A DNA stretch of 64,000 nt from an uncultured Pseudomonadota bacterium. GTDB taxonomy: Bacteria > Myxococcota_A > Polyangia > Fen-1088. Each line of letters starts with the position of its first letter. Within the stretch, counting starts at the first letter, position 1. Below, piece after piece: positions 38,115 through 46,784 of the stretch. Under the pieces are notes generated by a model. That model was not told where the DNA came from. It made no database searches and was given only the letters and a program-made list of their open reading frames with translations. The stretch covers positions 448,001 through 512,000 of the forward strand of contig CAWKBC010000027.1 of the NCBI GenBank assembly GCA_963847705.1. The letters run 5' to 3'. Position numbers and translations under genes: made by a program.

Positions 38115-40076
38115 ATGCGCGTCCCCCGTCCATCGAAGTCGCTCTCGAAGCTGTGCCTGGCCGCCGCGCTGGCGCTGGCCGTGACCGCGGCCGCGCGGCC
38201 CGCGCGCGCGCAGGGGACCTGGACGCAGGTGTCGTCGAGCGGAGGGTGCGCGAACGCGTTCGGCCTCTGGCTCCTCACCGACGGGCGGGTCCTGGCGCAC
38301 GGCTGCGGAGGCCTTCAGACCTGGCAGATCCTGACGCCCGACAAGGCGGGCAACTACGCCACCGGCACCTGGAAGGCCGTGGCCAGCAGCGCGCACGCGC
38401 GCGGCGGCGCGCAGCAGCACGTCCTCAAGGACGGGCGCTTCTTCGTGGGGGGGGGCGAGTACATCGACGGCCCGGCCTGCACGCCGACGCTCTGCAACAC
38501 CGCCGAGATCTACGACCCCGTGTCCAACACCTGGAAGAACACGGCGAACGCGCCGCACGACATCGGCGACACGGGGAGCGCGACGCTCGCCGACGGAACG
38601 ATCCTGGAGAGCACGCGCGCCGGCAGCCAGATCACGATCTACGATCCCACCACCGACACCTGGACCGCCAAGGCGTCAAATCAGCTCGGCAGCGGCGACG
38701 AGAACTCCTGGGCCTCGCTGCAGAACGGGGACGTGCTGGCCGTCGGCTACGCCACCTCGGGCGCCGAGATCTACATTCCCTCGATGGACAAGTGGGTGAA
38801 GACCACCGTCCCTTCCGGCTTCAACACCGGCGACATGGCGGGCATCTCGCAGATGTTCGACGGGCGCGTCTATGTCTACGGCCTCAACAACAAGGCCTAC
38901 ATCTGGACGCCGGGCGCCAGCGTGACCGACCCCGGAAGCTGGACGACGAGCGCGCTCATCACCACCAACGGCGCGACGGAGAATGAGGATGAGTACACCG
39001 ACACCCTGCCGAACGGCATGGTGTGGGGCGCGCTGGTGGCGAAGATGTACGGGGCGAGCGTGGTGTTGCAGCAGTTCGATCCGACCACCAACATGGCCAC
39101 GGCGGTGACGGGGCAGCCTAAGGAGACCAACCCCGATCCGATCGACTACCTCAACTTGCCGAACGGGCAGGTCATGATCACGGTCGAGTCGGGCTCGCAC
39201 AACTGGGTCCTGACGCCGGACGGGCAGCCGCAGGACGCCTGGCGCCCGACGGTGACCTCGGTCGTCTACAACAGCGCCACCGACAACTACACCCTGACCG
39301 GGACGCAGCTCAGCGGCCTCATCAACGGCGGCGACGAGGGTGACGACATGACGATGGCCGAGAACTACCCGATCATCTCGCTCAAGGACAGCTCGGGCAA
39401 CGTCACCTACTGCAAGTCCTCCAACTTCAGCAACATGATGCCGAGCAAGGGGTCGACGCCGGAGACGGCGGACTTCACGCTGCCGACCACGGTCACCACC
39501 GGCTCGTACCAGCTTTACGTCTCGGCGGTCGGTGTCATCTCCCAGAGCCCGTTCCCCTTCACGGTGGGCCAGAGCACGACCACCGGCGTGGCCGGGGCCA
39601 GCGGCACCACCGGCAGCGGTGGCGCGACGGGCACCGCGGGCACGGCCGGAATGGCCGGCGCGAAGGGCACCGGCGGGACGACGGCGGGCACCGGCGGCAC
39701 GGGCGGGACGACGACGGGCACCGGCGGCACGACGACGGGGACGGGCGGCACGACGACGGGCACGGGCGGCACGACGACGGGCACGGGCGGGACGACGACC
39801 GGCACCGGCGGCACGGTCTCGACGGGCGGCGCACCCGGCAGCGGCGGGAGCGCGACCGGCGGCGCGCCCGGCACGGGCGGTTCTGTCGCGACGGGCGGTA
39901 CGACCGGCGGTGGTGGGACCACCTCCAGCGGCGAAGGCGGGACCTCGGGCGAGACTGGCGCGTCGAGCGGCTGCTCGTGCGCGACGGCGCCCGGCGCTGG
40001 TTCGCACCTCACCGCGCTGTTTGGCTTGCTGGCCATCGGCTTCGTCGGCGCTCGCCGCCGCCGCCGGCGGCGCTGA
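38115..40076 (+). CDS. Kelch-repeat exported protein with Ig-like domain, Gly-Thr stalk and MYXO-CTERM tail
   Basis: Signal peptide ARA-Q; LLTDGRVL, VLKDGRFFVGGGEY, AEIYDPVSNTW repeats; TGGTTTG repeats; GCSC-TM-RRRRRR. Confidence 0.85.
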   Translation: MRVPRPSKSLSKLCLAAALALAVTAAARPARAQGTWTQVSSSGGCANAFGLWLLTDGRVLAHGCGGLQTWQILTPDKAGNYATGTWKAVASSAHARGGAQQHVLKDGRFFVGGGEYIDGPACTPTLCNTAEIYDPVSNTWKNTANAPHDIGDTGSATLADGTILESTRAGSQITIYDPTTDTWTAKASNQLGSGDENSWASLQNGDVLAVGYATSGAEIYIPSMDKWVKTTVPSGFNTGDMAGISQMFDGRVYVYGLNNKAYIWTPGASVTDPGSWTTSALITTNGATENEDEYTDTLPNGMVWGALVAKMYGASVVLQQFDPTTNMATAVTGQPKETNPDPIDYLNLPNGQVMITVESGSHNWVLTPDGQPQDAWRPTVTSVVYNSATDNYTLTGTQLSGLINGGDEGDDMTMAENYPIISLKDSSGNVTYCKSSNFSNMMPSKGSTPETADFTLPTTVTTGSYQLYVSAVGVISQSPFPFTVGQSTTTGVAGASGTTGSGGATGTAGTAGMAGAKGTGGTTAGTGGTGGTTTGTGGTTTGTGGTTTGTGGTTTGTGGTTTGTGGTVSTGGAPGSGGSATGGAPGTGGSVATGGTTGGGGTTSSGEGGTSGETGASSGCSCATAPGAGSHLTALFGLLAIGFVGARRRRRRR

Positions 40077-40100
40077 CCCCACCGAGGAAGTGAGCGCCGT

Positions 40101-41336
40101 TCAGGGGAGCCGCGGCACGACCAGCCGCTGCGCCTGAGCCTCGGCGCGCCGCCACACCGTTCCGGCCGTCACCCGCGCGGTCGGCGAGAACCAGGCGAAG
40201 GTCAACGCGGCGGCGAAGGCCAGGAGGGCGATCCGTCTCGGAACGCGGAAACCGTTCCGCTTCATCCGCCGGATGCTCCGGCGGGTGCGGCGCCCGGCGG
40301 GCGCAACAGATCGCTCGGCGTCGGTCCGGTCGAAGGGAATCGTCGGCGGTTCGAACTCGACCACCCGGATCGGCGGCGGCTCATCCGTCACGTCGATCTC
40401 GACGGTCTCGGCGGTCTCCGCCAAGGGGGCGACCTGCCCGACCTCAGAGGGGGTCACCGGCACCCCCTCGATCGCCCGTCGAAGTGCCGCCGCGAACTCC
40501 AGCACGCCGGGGAAGCGGTCGGCCGATTGCTTGGCGAGCCCTCGCATGATGACGGCGTCCACCGCTGGCCCGAGGCGCGGGACCAGCGCCGCGGGCGGTA
40601 CTGGATCCGCGTGCACCACCTGATAGAGGACGGCGATCGGATCCTCGGCGCGGAACGGCTCGCTTCCCGTGAGCAGCACGTAGGCGATGGCCGCCAGCGA
40701 AAACTGGTCACTGCGCGAATCGATCTCCTCCCGGAGGCCGCGTGCCTGCTCGGGGGCCATGTACTGGGGTGTCCCCGCCACCTCGTCGTCGTTGGTCAGC
40801 CGCGGGCGCCAGCTCGCCTGCGAGATCCCGAAGTCGAGCACCTTCACGAAATCCTTCACGCCCTCACCCGAGAGCAGCATGATGTTGTCCGGTTTGAGAT
40901 CGCGGTGGACGATGCCGCGGAGGTGCGCCGCGGAGAGAGCCTGCGCGATCTGCTCGACGATGCCGACCGCGGAGGCCGGGGTGAGCTCGTCGGCGTCAGT
41001 GATCCGTTTGGACAGCGACTGCCCCTCGAGCATCTCCATGACCAGATACGGATATCCCTGATCCGTGACGTTGAAATCCAGCACCTGCACGATGTGCGGG
41101 TGGCGCAACGTCGCGGTGATCTCCGCTTCCTGGCGGAAGCGCGACAGGACCTCGGCGTTCCTCTGGAGGCCACGGTGAAGAACCTTGATCGCCACCTGCC
41201 CGGGAAGGCGCGTGTGATCGGCCAAGAAGATCTCGCCGCATCCACCCTCCGCGATCGGGCCGACGATTCGATACGTCCCCTGAAGGATTGTTCCGGGGGT
41301 AAATTCGGAGAGCGCGAAATTTCGTTCGGTGTTCAT
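40101..41336 (-). CDS. Hanks-type Ser/Thr protein kinase with C-terminal TM segment
   Basis: VAIK, HPHIV, HRDLKPDN, DFG, GTPQYMAPEQ, D.FSL. Confidence 0.95.
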   Translation of the reverse strand: MNTERNFALSEFTPGTILQGTYRIVGPIAEGGCGEIFLADHTRLPGQVAIKVLHRGLQRNAEVLSRFRQEAEITATLRHPHIVQVLDFNVTDQGYPYLVMEMLEGQSLSKRITDADELTPASAVGIVEQIAQALSAAHLRGIVHRDLKPDNIMLLSGEGVKDFVKVLDFGISQASWRPRLTNDDEVAGTPQYMAPEQARGLREEIDSRSDQFSLAAIAYVLLTGSEPFRAEDPIAVLYQVVHADPVPPAALVPRLGPAVDAVIMRGLAKQSADRFPGVLEFAAALRRAIEGVPVTPSEVGQVAPLAETAETVEIDVTDEPPPIRVVEFEPPTIPFDRTDAERSVAPAGRRTRRSIRRMKRNGFRVPRRIALLAFAAALTFAWFSPTARVTAGTVWRRAEAQAQRLVVPRLP

Positions 41337-41353
41337 CTCGCCGGGTGTGCCTG

Positions 41354-41369
41354 TGCACCCGCCGTGCCG
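41354..41369 (-). promoter_or_regulatory. Candidate sigma-54 promoter for the kinase
   Basis: CGGCACGGCGGGTGCA, GG-N10-GC, 17 nt before the ATG. Confidence 0.45.
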
Positions 41370-41511
41370 CGCCGTCTTGCGGGCCCTCGGTGGGCCTCGC
41401 CGCCGGCGCGCGTTTCCGAAACGGAAGCCCCCTCGCGTGCGAGGTCCGGTTTTCGTAACGTCGCCCGCCGACCAATGGCTGAGAAGGCCGCGAGATCAGG
41501 CGCTGGCTGAC

Positions 41512-41527
41512 TGGCACGGCGGTTGTA
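41512..41527 (+). promoter_or_regulatory. Candidate sigma-54 promoter for the small membrane protein
   Basis: TGGCACG-GCGG-TTGTA, one mismatch to TGGCACG-N4-TTGCW, upstream of SD AGGAGG. Confidence 0.5.
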
Positions 41528-41552
41528 TTTGGTCTTCGCCAGGAGGCCAACC

Positions 41553-41702
41553 ATGCTTTGGACAATTGCTCTCATTCTTCTGGTGCTCTGGGCCCTCGGC
41601 CTCGTCAGCTCGGTGACGATGGGCGGGTTCATTCATCTGCTGCTCGTCGCCGCGATCGTGCTGGTCCTGGTGCGGCTCATTCAGGGCAGACGAGTCGTCT
41701 GA
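41553..41702 (+). CDS. 49-aa membrane protein, lmo0937/DUF5670 family (absent from the ORF track)
   Basis: SD AGGAGG; MLWTIALILLVLWALGLVSSVTMGGFIHLLLVAAIVLVLVRLIQGRRVV*. Confidence 0.9.
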   Translation: MLWTIALILLVLWALGLVSSVTMGGFIHLLLVAAIVLVLVRLIQGRRVV

Positions 41703-41723
41703 CGGCGTCACTTCTTTGGCCAT

Positions 41724-41763
41724 CGGCGCGCCCTCCCACGTCCCGAACGTGGGGGGCGCGCCG
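41724..41763 (+). terminator. Long hairpin after the small membrane protein gene
   Basis: CGGCGCGCCCTCCCACGT-CCCGA-ACGTGGGGGGCGCGCCG, 17 bp with one bulge; no U-tract. Confidence 0.5.
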
Positions 41764-41887
41764 CTGACCTTCGTCCCGTCACGGCCGCGGTTCCGAGCCA
41801 GTCGGCGATTTTCAAACAAGCACCTAGCGGTTTTGCGGGAACGACCTAGCTTTTCCCGCCAAGCCCCCAACCCGGGAGATCGGCGAG

Positions 41888-43401
41888 ATGGCAGGGAACG
41901 GCGATGATGCAAAAGCGGCGACGGGAATCGCCGGCCTGGACGACGTGTTGCGGGGGGACTCCCCGCCAATCGCGTCTACCTGATCCAGGGCGATCCGGGA
42001 TCGGGGAAGACCACCCTCGGGCTGCAGTTTTTGCTCGAGGGCCGCCGGATCGGCGAGACCGGGATGTACGTCAGCCTCTCCGAGACGCGTGACGAGATCA
42101 CCGGTGTCGCTCGCTCCCACGGCTGGTCGCTCGACGGCATCCAGCTGTTCGAGATGCAGGAGGTCGCGCCGCAGCTCTCCGAAGAGTCCGAAAACACGCT
42201 CTTCGAGCCCTCCGAGATCGAGCTGCGAGAAATCATGCAGCGGCTCCTGGGCGAGATCGAGCGCTCCAAGGCCAGCCGGGTGGTGTTCGATTCGCTCTCC
42301 GAGCTGCGCCTCTTGGCGCAACACCCTCTGCGCTATCGCCGACAGATCCTCATGCTCAAGCAGTTCTTCGTGGGCCGGCAGTGCACGGTGCTCTTCCTCG
42401 ACGATCGCACCGCGCCCGAGGATGACCGCCAGCTGCAGAGCATCGCCCACGGCGTCATCCTGCTCGAGCAGCACGCCTCCGACTACGGAGATGAGCGCCG
42501 GCGGCTCCGGGCGGTCAAGGTTCGAGGCCTCCAGCCCCGCGGCGGCTATCACGAGCTGACGATCGTCAAGGGCGGGCTGCGGGTCTTCCCCCGTCTGGTG
42601 GCGTCCGAGCAGCCGACCAAGTTCGATCAGACCACCCTGCCGAGCGGCGTCCCCGAGCTGGATGCGCTGCTCGGCGGCGGCATCGACCGGGGGACGGCCA
42701 CGTTGGTGATCGGGCCGGCCGGATCGGGCAAGTCGACGCTGGCGCTCAGGTATGCGCTGACGGCGGTCGGGCGCGGAGAGCACGTGTCGCTGTTCGCCTT
42801 CGACGAGCGGATCCAGACGCTCTACCTGCGAGCCCGTGGCTTGGGGCTCGATCTCGAGGGCGCCATCGCCAGCGGGCGCCTCTTCATCAAGCAGATCGAT
42901 CCCGCCGAGATGGGGCCGGGGGAATTCGTCGCCTCGGTCAACGAAGCCGCCCTCCAGGCCAAGACGCGCGTCATCATCATCGACAGCCTGAACGGCTATC
43001 TGAACGCGATGCCGGAAGAGCGGGCGCTGGCGTTGCAGCTGCACGAGTTGCTGACCGTGTTGGGCCAGCGCGGGGTGTCGACCTTTCTGCTGATGGCCCA
43101 GCATGGAATCTTGGGCCCGGCGATGGTGAGCCCGATCGACGTCAGCTACCTGGCCGACACGGTGGTGATGTTGCGCTACTTCGAGGCCGAGGGAGCGATC
43201 CGCAAAGCGATCTCGGTCGTCAAGAAGCGCAGCGGCGCGCACGAGGAGACCATTCGCGAATACCGGATGGGTCCCCCCGACGGGGTCAGCGTCGGGAAGC
43301 CCCTCACCGGGTTTCGGGGCGTGCTGACCGGCGTCCCGAGCTACCTCGGCGGCACAGAGGCGCTCGCTTCCGAGAAACCAGGTCCAGGCAAAAACAGGTG
43401 A
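41888..43401 (+). CDS. KaiC-like double-domain ATPase (frameshift in G-run 41952-41957)
   Basis: MAGNGDDAKAATGIAGLDDVLRG then, with one more G, GLPANRVYLIQGDPGSGKT; second Walker A GPAGSGKST; DSL motifs; VSYLADT; KKRSG.HE. Confidence 0.88.
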
Positions 43402-45017
43402 GCTCGGCCAGGTCACATTCTCTGACCGTCGCGCTCTACGCGCCGATCGGCCGGGATGCCGCGCTGGCAGCGCAGATGCTCTCCCGGGCAGGGATCGAGC
43501 CGCTCCCTTGCGCCACCTTCGAACAGCTGGGAGGTGAGATCGCTGCCGGCATCGGCGCCGTCTTGATCACCGAGGAGGAGCTGACGGCGGGCCGCATCGC
43601 CAAGCTCACGGAGGCGCTGCGCGGGCAGCCTGCCTGGTCGGACCTGCCGATCGTGGTGTTCAGCTCCCTGCCGGGCGAGCTGCGCCTGCAGGTGCTGGAG
43701 CGGCTGGCGGCCGTTGGAAACGTCTCGTTCGTCGACCGTCCGGTGCAGCGGAGGACCTTCCTGGCCACCGTGCGGGGGGCGTTGCGCGCCCGCGCCCGTC
43801 AGTACGAATCGCGGCGGGCGATCGAAGCCCGGGACGAGTTCCTGGCCATGCTGGGGCACGAGCTGCGCAACCCTCTGTCGGCGGTGCAGTTCGCGACCGA
43901 TCTCATCATGCGCCGGAGCATGACCGACGCCTGGGTCGTCAAGCACGCGGACACGATCGACCGACAGACCGCGCACCTCAATCGACTGGTCGACGATCTC
44001 CTCGACGTGTCGCGGGTGACCTCGGGGAAGGTGGTCCTCCGCAAGGAGCCCGCCGGCCTCGGGCCCCTGGTTCGGCGCTGCGTCGAGTCCTTGCAGACGA
44101 TGGCCGACGCGCACGGGCTGGTGCTCGACATGCACCCCGGGACGGACCGGATCCCCGTGGAAGCAGATGTCGTGCGCCTCGAGCAGGTGGTCATCAACCT
44201 GGTCACCAACGCCATCAAATACACGCCCCGCGGCGGTCGGATCGACATCGAGGTCTCGCGCGAGCCACCCAACCCGGAGCAAAGCGGGCAAGGCGGCGCG
44301 GCAGGGCAGGCCGTGCTCGTGGTCCGTGACACGGGCGTGGGGATCCCGTCCGAGCATCTGGAGTCGATCTTCGATGTCTTCAGCCAGGCGCCGACCGGGC
44401 TCGATCGGGCCAAGGGCGGGCTCGGCCTCGGCCTCACCCTGGTGCGCGCCCTGGTCGGGATGCACGGCGGCACGGTCGACGCGCACAGCGAAGGCGTCGG
44501 GAAAGGGAGCGAGTTTCGCGTTCGCCTTCCCCTGGCGGCCTCGGCGTCCGAGGTCACGGGCGTGCTCCGCACGGCGGTGCCGGTCGTGCACGAGAGCGTC
44601 CGGATCGTTCTCGTCGAGGACAACGTCGATATCCGCGAGACCCTGACCGAGCTCCTGGTGCTCGACGGCTACTGGGTGGAAGGGGCGGCCGACGGTCCGC
44701 AGGGGTTGACGCGGATTCTGTCGGAGGTCCCCAACGTCGCGCTCATCGACGTGGGCCTGCCCGGGTTCGATGGCTACGAGGTGGCGCGTCGCGCCCGCTC
44801 TCACCTCGGTGACACGCCGGTCCTGATCGCCATGACTGGCTACGGCCAACCGGACGATCGGGCGCGCGCCTTCGAGGCCGGGTTCGACGACCACGTGGTC
44901 AAGCCGGTCAGCGTGGAGGAGCTCTCGGCGGCGATCGAACGGATGCGGAGCAAGAAGACCGCCGGGAAGGGGCCGGCGCCTCGCGGCGCGGCGCCCAAGG
45001 TCGCCATCGGGCACTGA
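43398..45017 (+). CDS. Hybrid sensor histidine kinase (pseudo-receiver, HisKA, HATPase, receiver)
   Basis: FLAMLGHELRNPL, NL..NAIKYT, DTGVGI, GGLGLGL, VEDN...LIDVGLP..DGYEVAR...KP; GTGA overlap with the ATPase stop. Confidence 0.93.
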   Translation: MSSARSHSLTVALYAPIGRDAALAAQMLSRAGIEPLPCATFEQLGGEIAAGIGAVLITEEELTAGRIAKLTEALRGQPAWSDLPIVVFSSLPGELRLQVLERLAAVGNVSFVDRPVQRRTFLATVRGALRARARQYESRRAIEARDEFLAMLGHELRNPLSAVQFATDLIMRRSMTDAWVVKHADTIDRQTAHLNRLVDDLLDVSRVTSGKVVLRKEPAGLGPLVRRCVESLQTMADAHGLVLDMHPGTDRIPVEADVVRLEQVVINLVTNAIKYTPRGGRIDIEVSREPPNPEQSGQGGAAGQAVLVVRDTGVGIPSEHLESIFDVFSQAPTGLDRAKGGLGLGLTLVRALVGMHGGTVDAHSEGVGKGSEFRVRLPLAASASEVTGVLRTAVPVVHESVRIVLVEDNVDIRETLTELLVLDGYWVEGAADGPQGLTRILSEVPNVALIDVGLPGFDGYEVARRARSHLGDTPVLIAMTGYGQPDDRARAFEAGFDDHVVKPVSVEELSAAIERMRSKKTAGKGPAPRGAAPKVAIGH

Positions 45018-45031
45018 GCGCCGACCGGGCG

Positions 45032-45066
45032 TTTTTTCCTAACCGTCGCCCCGGCCCCCGCCACTG
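45032..45066 (+). promoter_or_regulatory. Shared motif A (TTTTTTCCTAACC-N16-CCACTG), probable target promoter of the 51380-51985 ECF sigma
   Basis: Identical at all 19 motif positions and in spacing to the copy upstream of the sigma gene (51994-52028). Confidence 0.75.
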
Positions 45067-45083
45067 AGCAGGGTGGAGGCCGC

Positions 45084-46784
45084 ATGATCCGAACCCCCGC
45101 CCGTGCTCGCTCGTCCGAAGTCGTTGCGCTGCTCCTGACCGCGATCGTGCTGGTCAGCTGCGGCAACTCGTCGTCGTCGCAGACGGGTGGCGGCAATGCC
45201 GGGCAGGGTGGTGCGGGGAGCGCCGGCAAGGTGCCAGGGCAGGGGGGCTCGCCCGCGTCGGGAACCGGCGGCGCCTCCAGCCCTACGGGCAACGGCGGCG
45301 CGACGTCGGTGACCGGGAGCGGCGGCTCGGCCGGCCCGACGGGACCCGGCGGTGGTGGGGGCAGTGCGGGGACGATGGGCGGCATGACCTGTTACGACGC
45401 CTGCGTCGCGGTGACCGACCTCTGCGCCGGCAAGAGCTGCGCCAGCGACGAGACCTGCATCGGGGGCAGCTGCGTGGCCGGATGTTTTCCGGCGCCGTGC
45501 AACGGCGTCACCTGCGCCTCGGGCCAGTTCTGTGACAGCGACAGCGGCAATTGCACCAAGCTCAACAGCTGCAGCACCATCAGCTGTCCGTCGGGCGAGG
45601 CGTGCAACACCACCTGCGCGGCCGCGGATCCCTGCGCCAACGTGAAGTGTTCCGGAAGCCAGGTCTGCGTCAGCGGCCAGTGCGTCGAGAATCTCTGCGC
45701 CGGAGTGACCTGCGCCGCCGGGAGCGTCTGCAGCAACGGCCTCTGCATCGACACCTGCGACTGCGGCGGAATGAATTGCGGCACGAACGGCCGCTGCGTC
45801 GAAGGGACCTGCGTCTGCACGCCCAGCTGTCCCAGCGACGGCAGCAATGCCGGCAAGTCCGACGGCTGCGGGGGGACCTGCGGCTGCCCGATGGGGAGCA
45901 GCGCCTACATGGGCAGCTGCTGCAGGGCGAACTGTCCCGCCGACGGGAGCAGGGGCGGATTGTCCGACGGCTGCGGCAAGACTTGCGGTTGCCCGAGCGG
46001 CGCGGTGCTCTACGGCGGCAGCTGCTGCACGCCCGCTTGCCCGGCCGACGGGAGCAAGGCGGGGATGTCGGACGGCTGCGGCAAGACCTGCGGTTGCCCG
46101 AGCGGCGCGGTGCTCTATGGCGGCAGCTGCTGCACGCCAAGCTGCGCGAAGGACGGCAGCAACGCCGGCAAGTCCGACGGCTGCGGCGGCATGTGCACCT
46201 GCCCGATGGGGAGCATGATGTACATGGGAGCTTGCTGCACGCCGAGCTGCCCGGCGGACGGCAGCAAGGCCGGGATGTCGGACGGCTGCGGCAAGACCTG
46301 CGGCTGCGCCAGCGGCGACGTCCTCTACGGCGGCAGCTGCTGCACGCCCAGCTGCGCGATGGACGGGAGCAGCGCCGGCAAGTCGAACGGCTGCGGCGGC
46401 ACCTGCAGCTGCCCGATGGGGAGCATGGCGTACATGGGGACCTGCTGCACGCCGAGCTGCCCGGCGGACGGCAGCAAGGCCGGGATGTCGGACGGCTGCG
46501 GCAAGAGCTGCGGGTGCAGCAGCGGCTCCGTGCTCTACGGCGGCAACTGCTGCACGCCGAGCTGCCCGAAGGACGGCACCTGCGGCGCCGCCGACGGCTG
46601 CGGCGGCGTCTGCGGCTGCACCGGCGGCGGGATGTGCTCGGGCGGCAAGTGCCCCACCAAGACCTGCAGTCCCGTCTGCGGCTGCGGCCAGACCTGCAAC
46701 AACGGCGCGTGCATCCAGATCCAGTGCGACGAGGCCGGCCTCTGTGGGTGCAGCTGCTGCTCCTCCTCCATCGGGTTGTCGTGA
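45084..46784 (+). CDS. Cys-rich repeat lipoprotein
   Basis: SD GGAGG; lipobox LVSC; Gly-rich stalk; C..V.C..G..C repeats, then eight DGCG(G/K).C.C repeats. Confidence 0.85.
   Translation: MIRTPARARSSEVVALLLTAIVLVSCGNSSSSQTGGGNAGQGGAGSAGKVPGQGGSPASGTGGASSPTGNGGATSVTGSGGSAGPTGPGGGGGSAGTMGGMTCYDACVAVTDLCAGKSCASDETCIGGSCVAGCFPAPCNGVTCASGQFCDSDSGNCTKLNSCSTISCPSGEACNTTCAAADPCANVKCSGSQVCVSGQCVENLCAGVTCAAGSVCSNGLCIDTCDCGGMNCGTNGRCVEGTCVCTPSCPSDGSNAGKSDGCGGTCGCPMGSSAYMGSCCRANCPADGSRGGLSDGCGKTCGCPSGAVLYGGSCCTPACPADGSKAGMSDGCGKTCGCPSGAVLYGGSCCTPSCAKDGSNAGKSDGCGGMCTCPMGSMMYMGACCTPSCPADGSKAGMSDGCGKTCGCASGDVLYGGSCCTPSCAMDGSSAGKSNGCGGTCSCPMGSMAYMGTCCTPSCPADGSKAGMSDGCGKSCGCSSGSVLYGGNCCTPSCPKDGTCGAADGCGGVCGCTGGGMCSGGKCPTKTCSPVCGCGQTCNNGACIQIQCDEAGLCGCSCCSSSIGLS
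45816..46652 (+). repeat. 105-bp (35-aa) coding tandem repeat x7 plus one 34-aa variant
   Basis: CTPSCPADGSKAGMSDGCGKTCGCPSGAVLYGGSC-type units with a period of exactly 105 nt from 45816 to 46551. Confidence 0.9.

Noticed and set aside
41888-43401. Circadian clock kaiC
   Set aside because: No kaiA/kaiB nearby, SY instead of the ST phosphosites, and coupling to a histidine kinase indicate a non-clock homologue.
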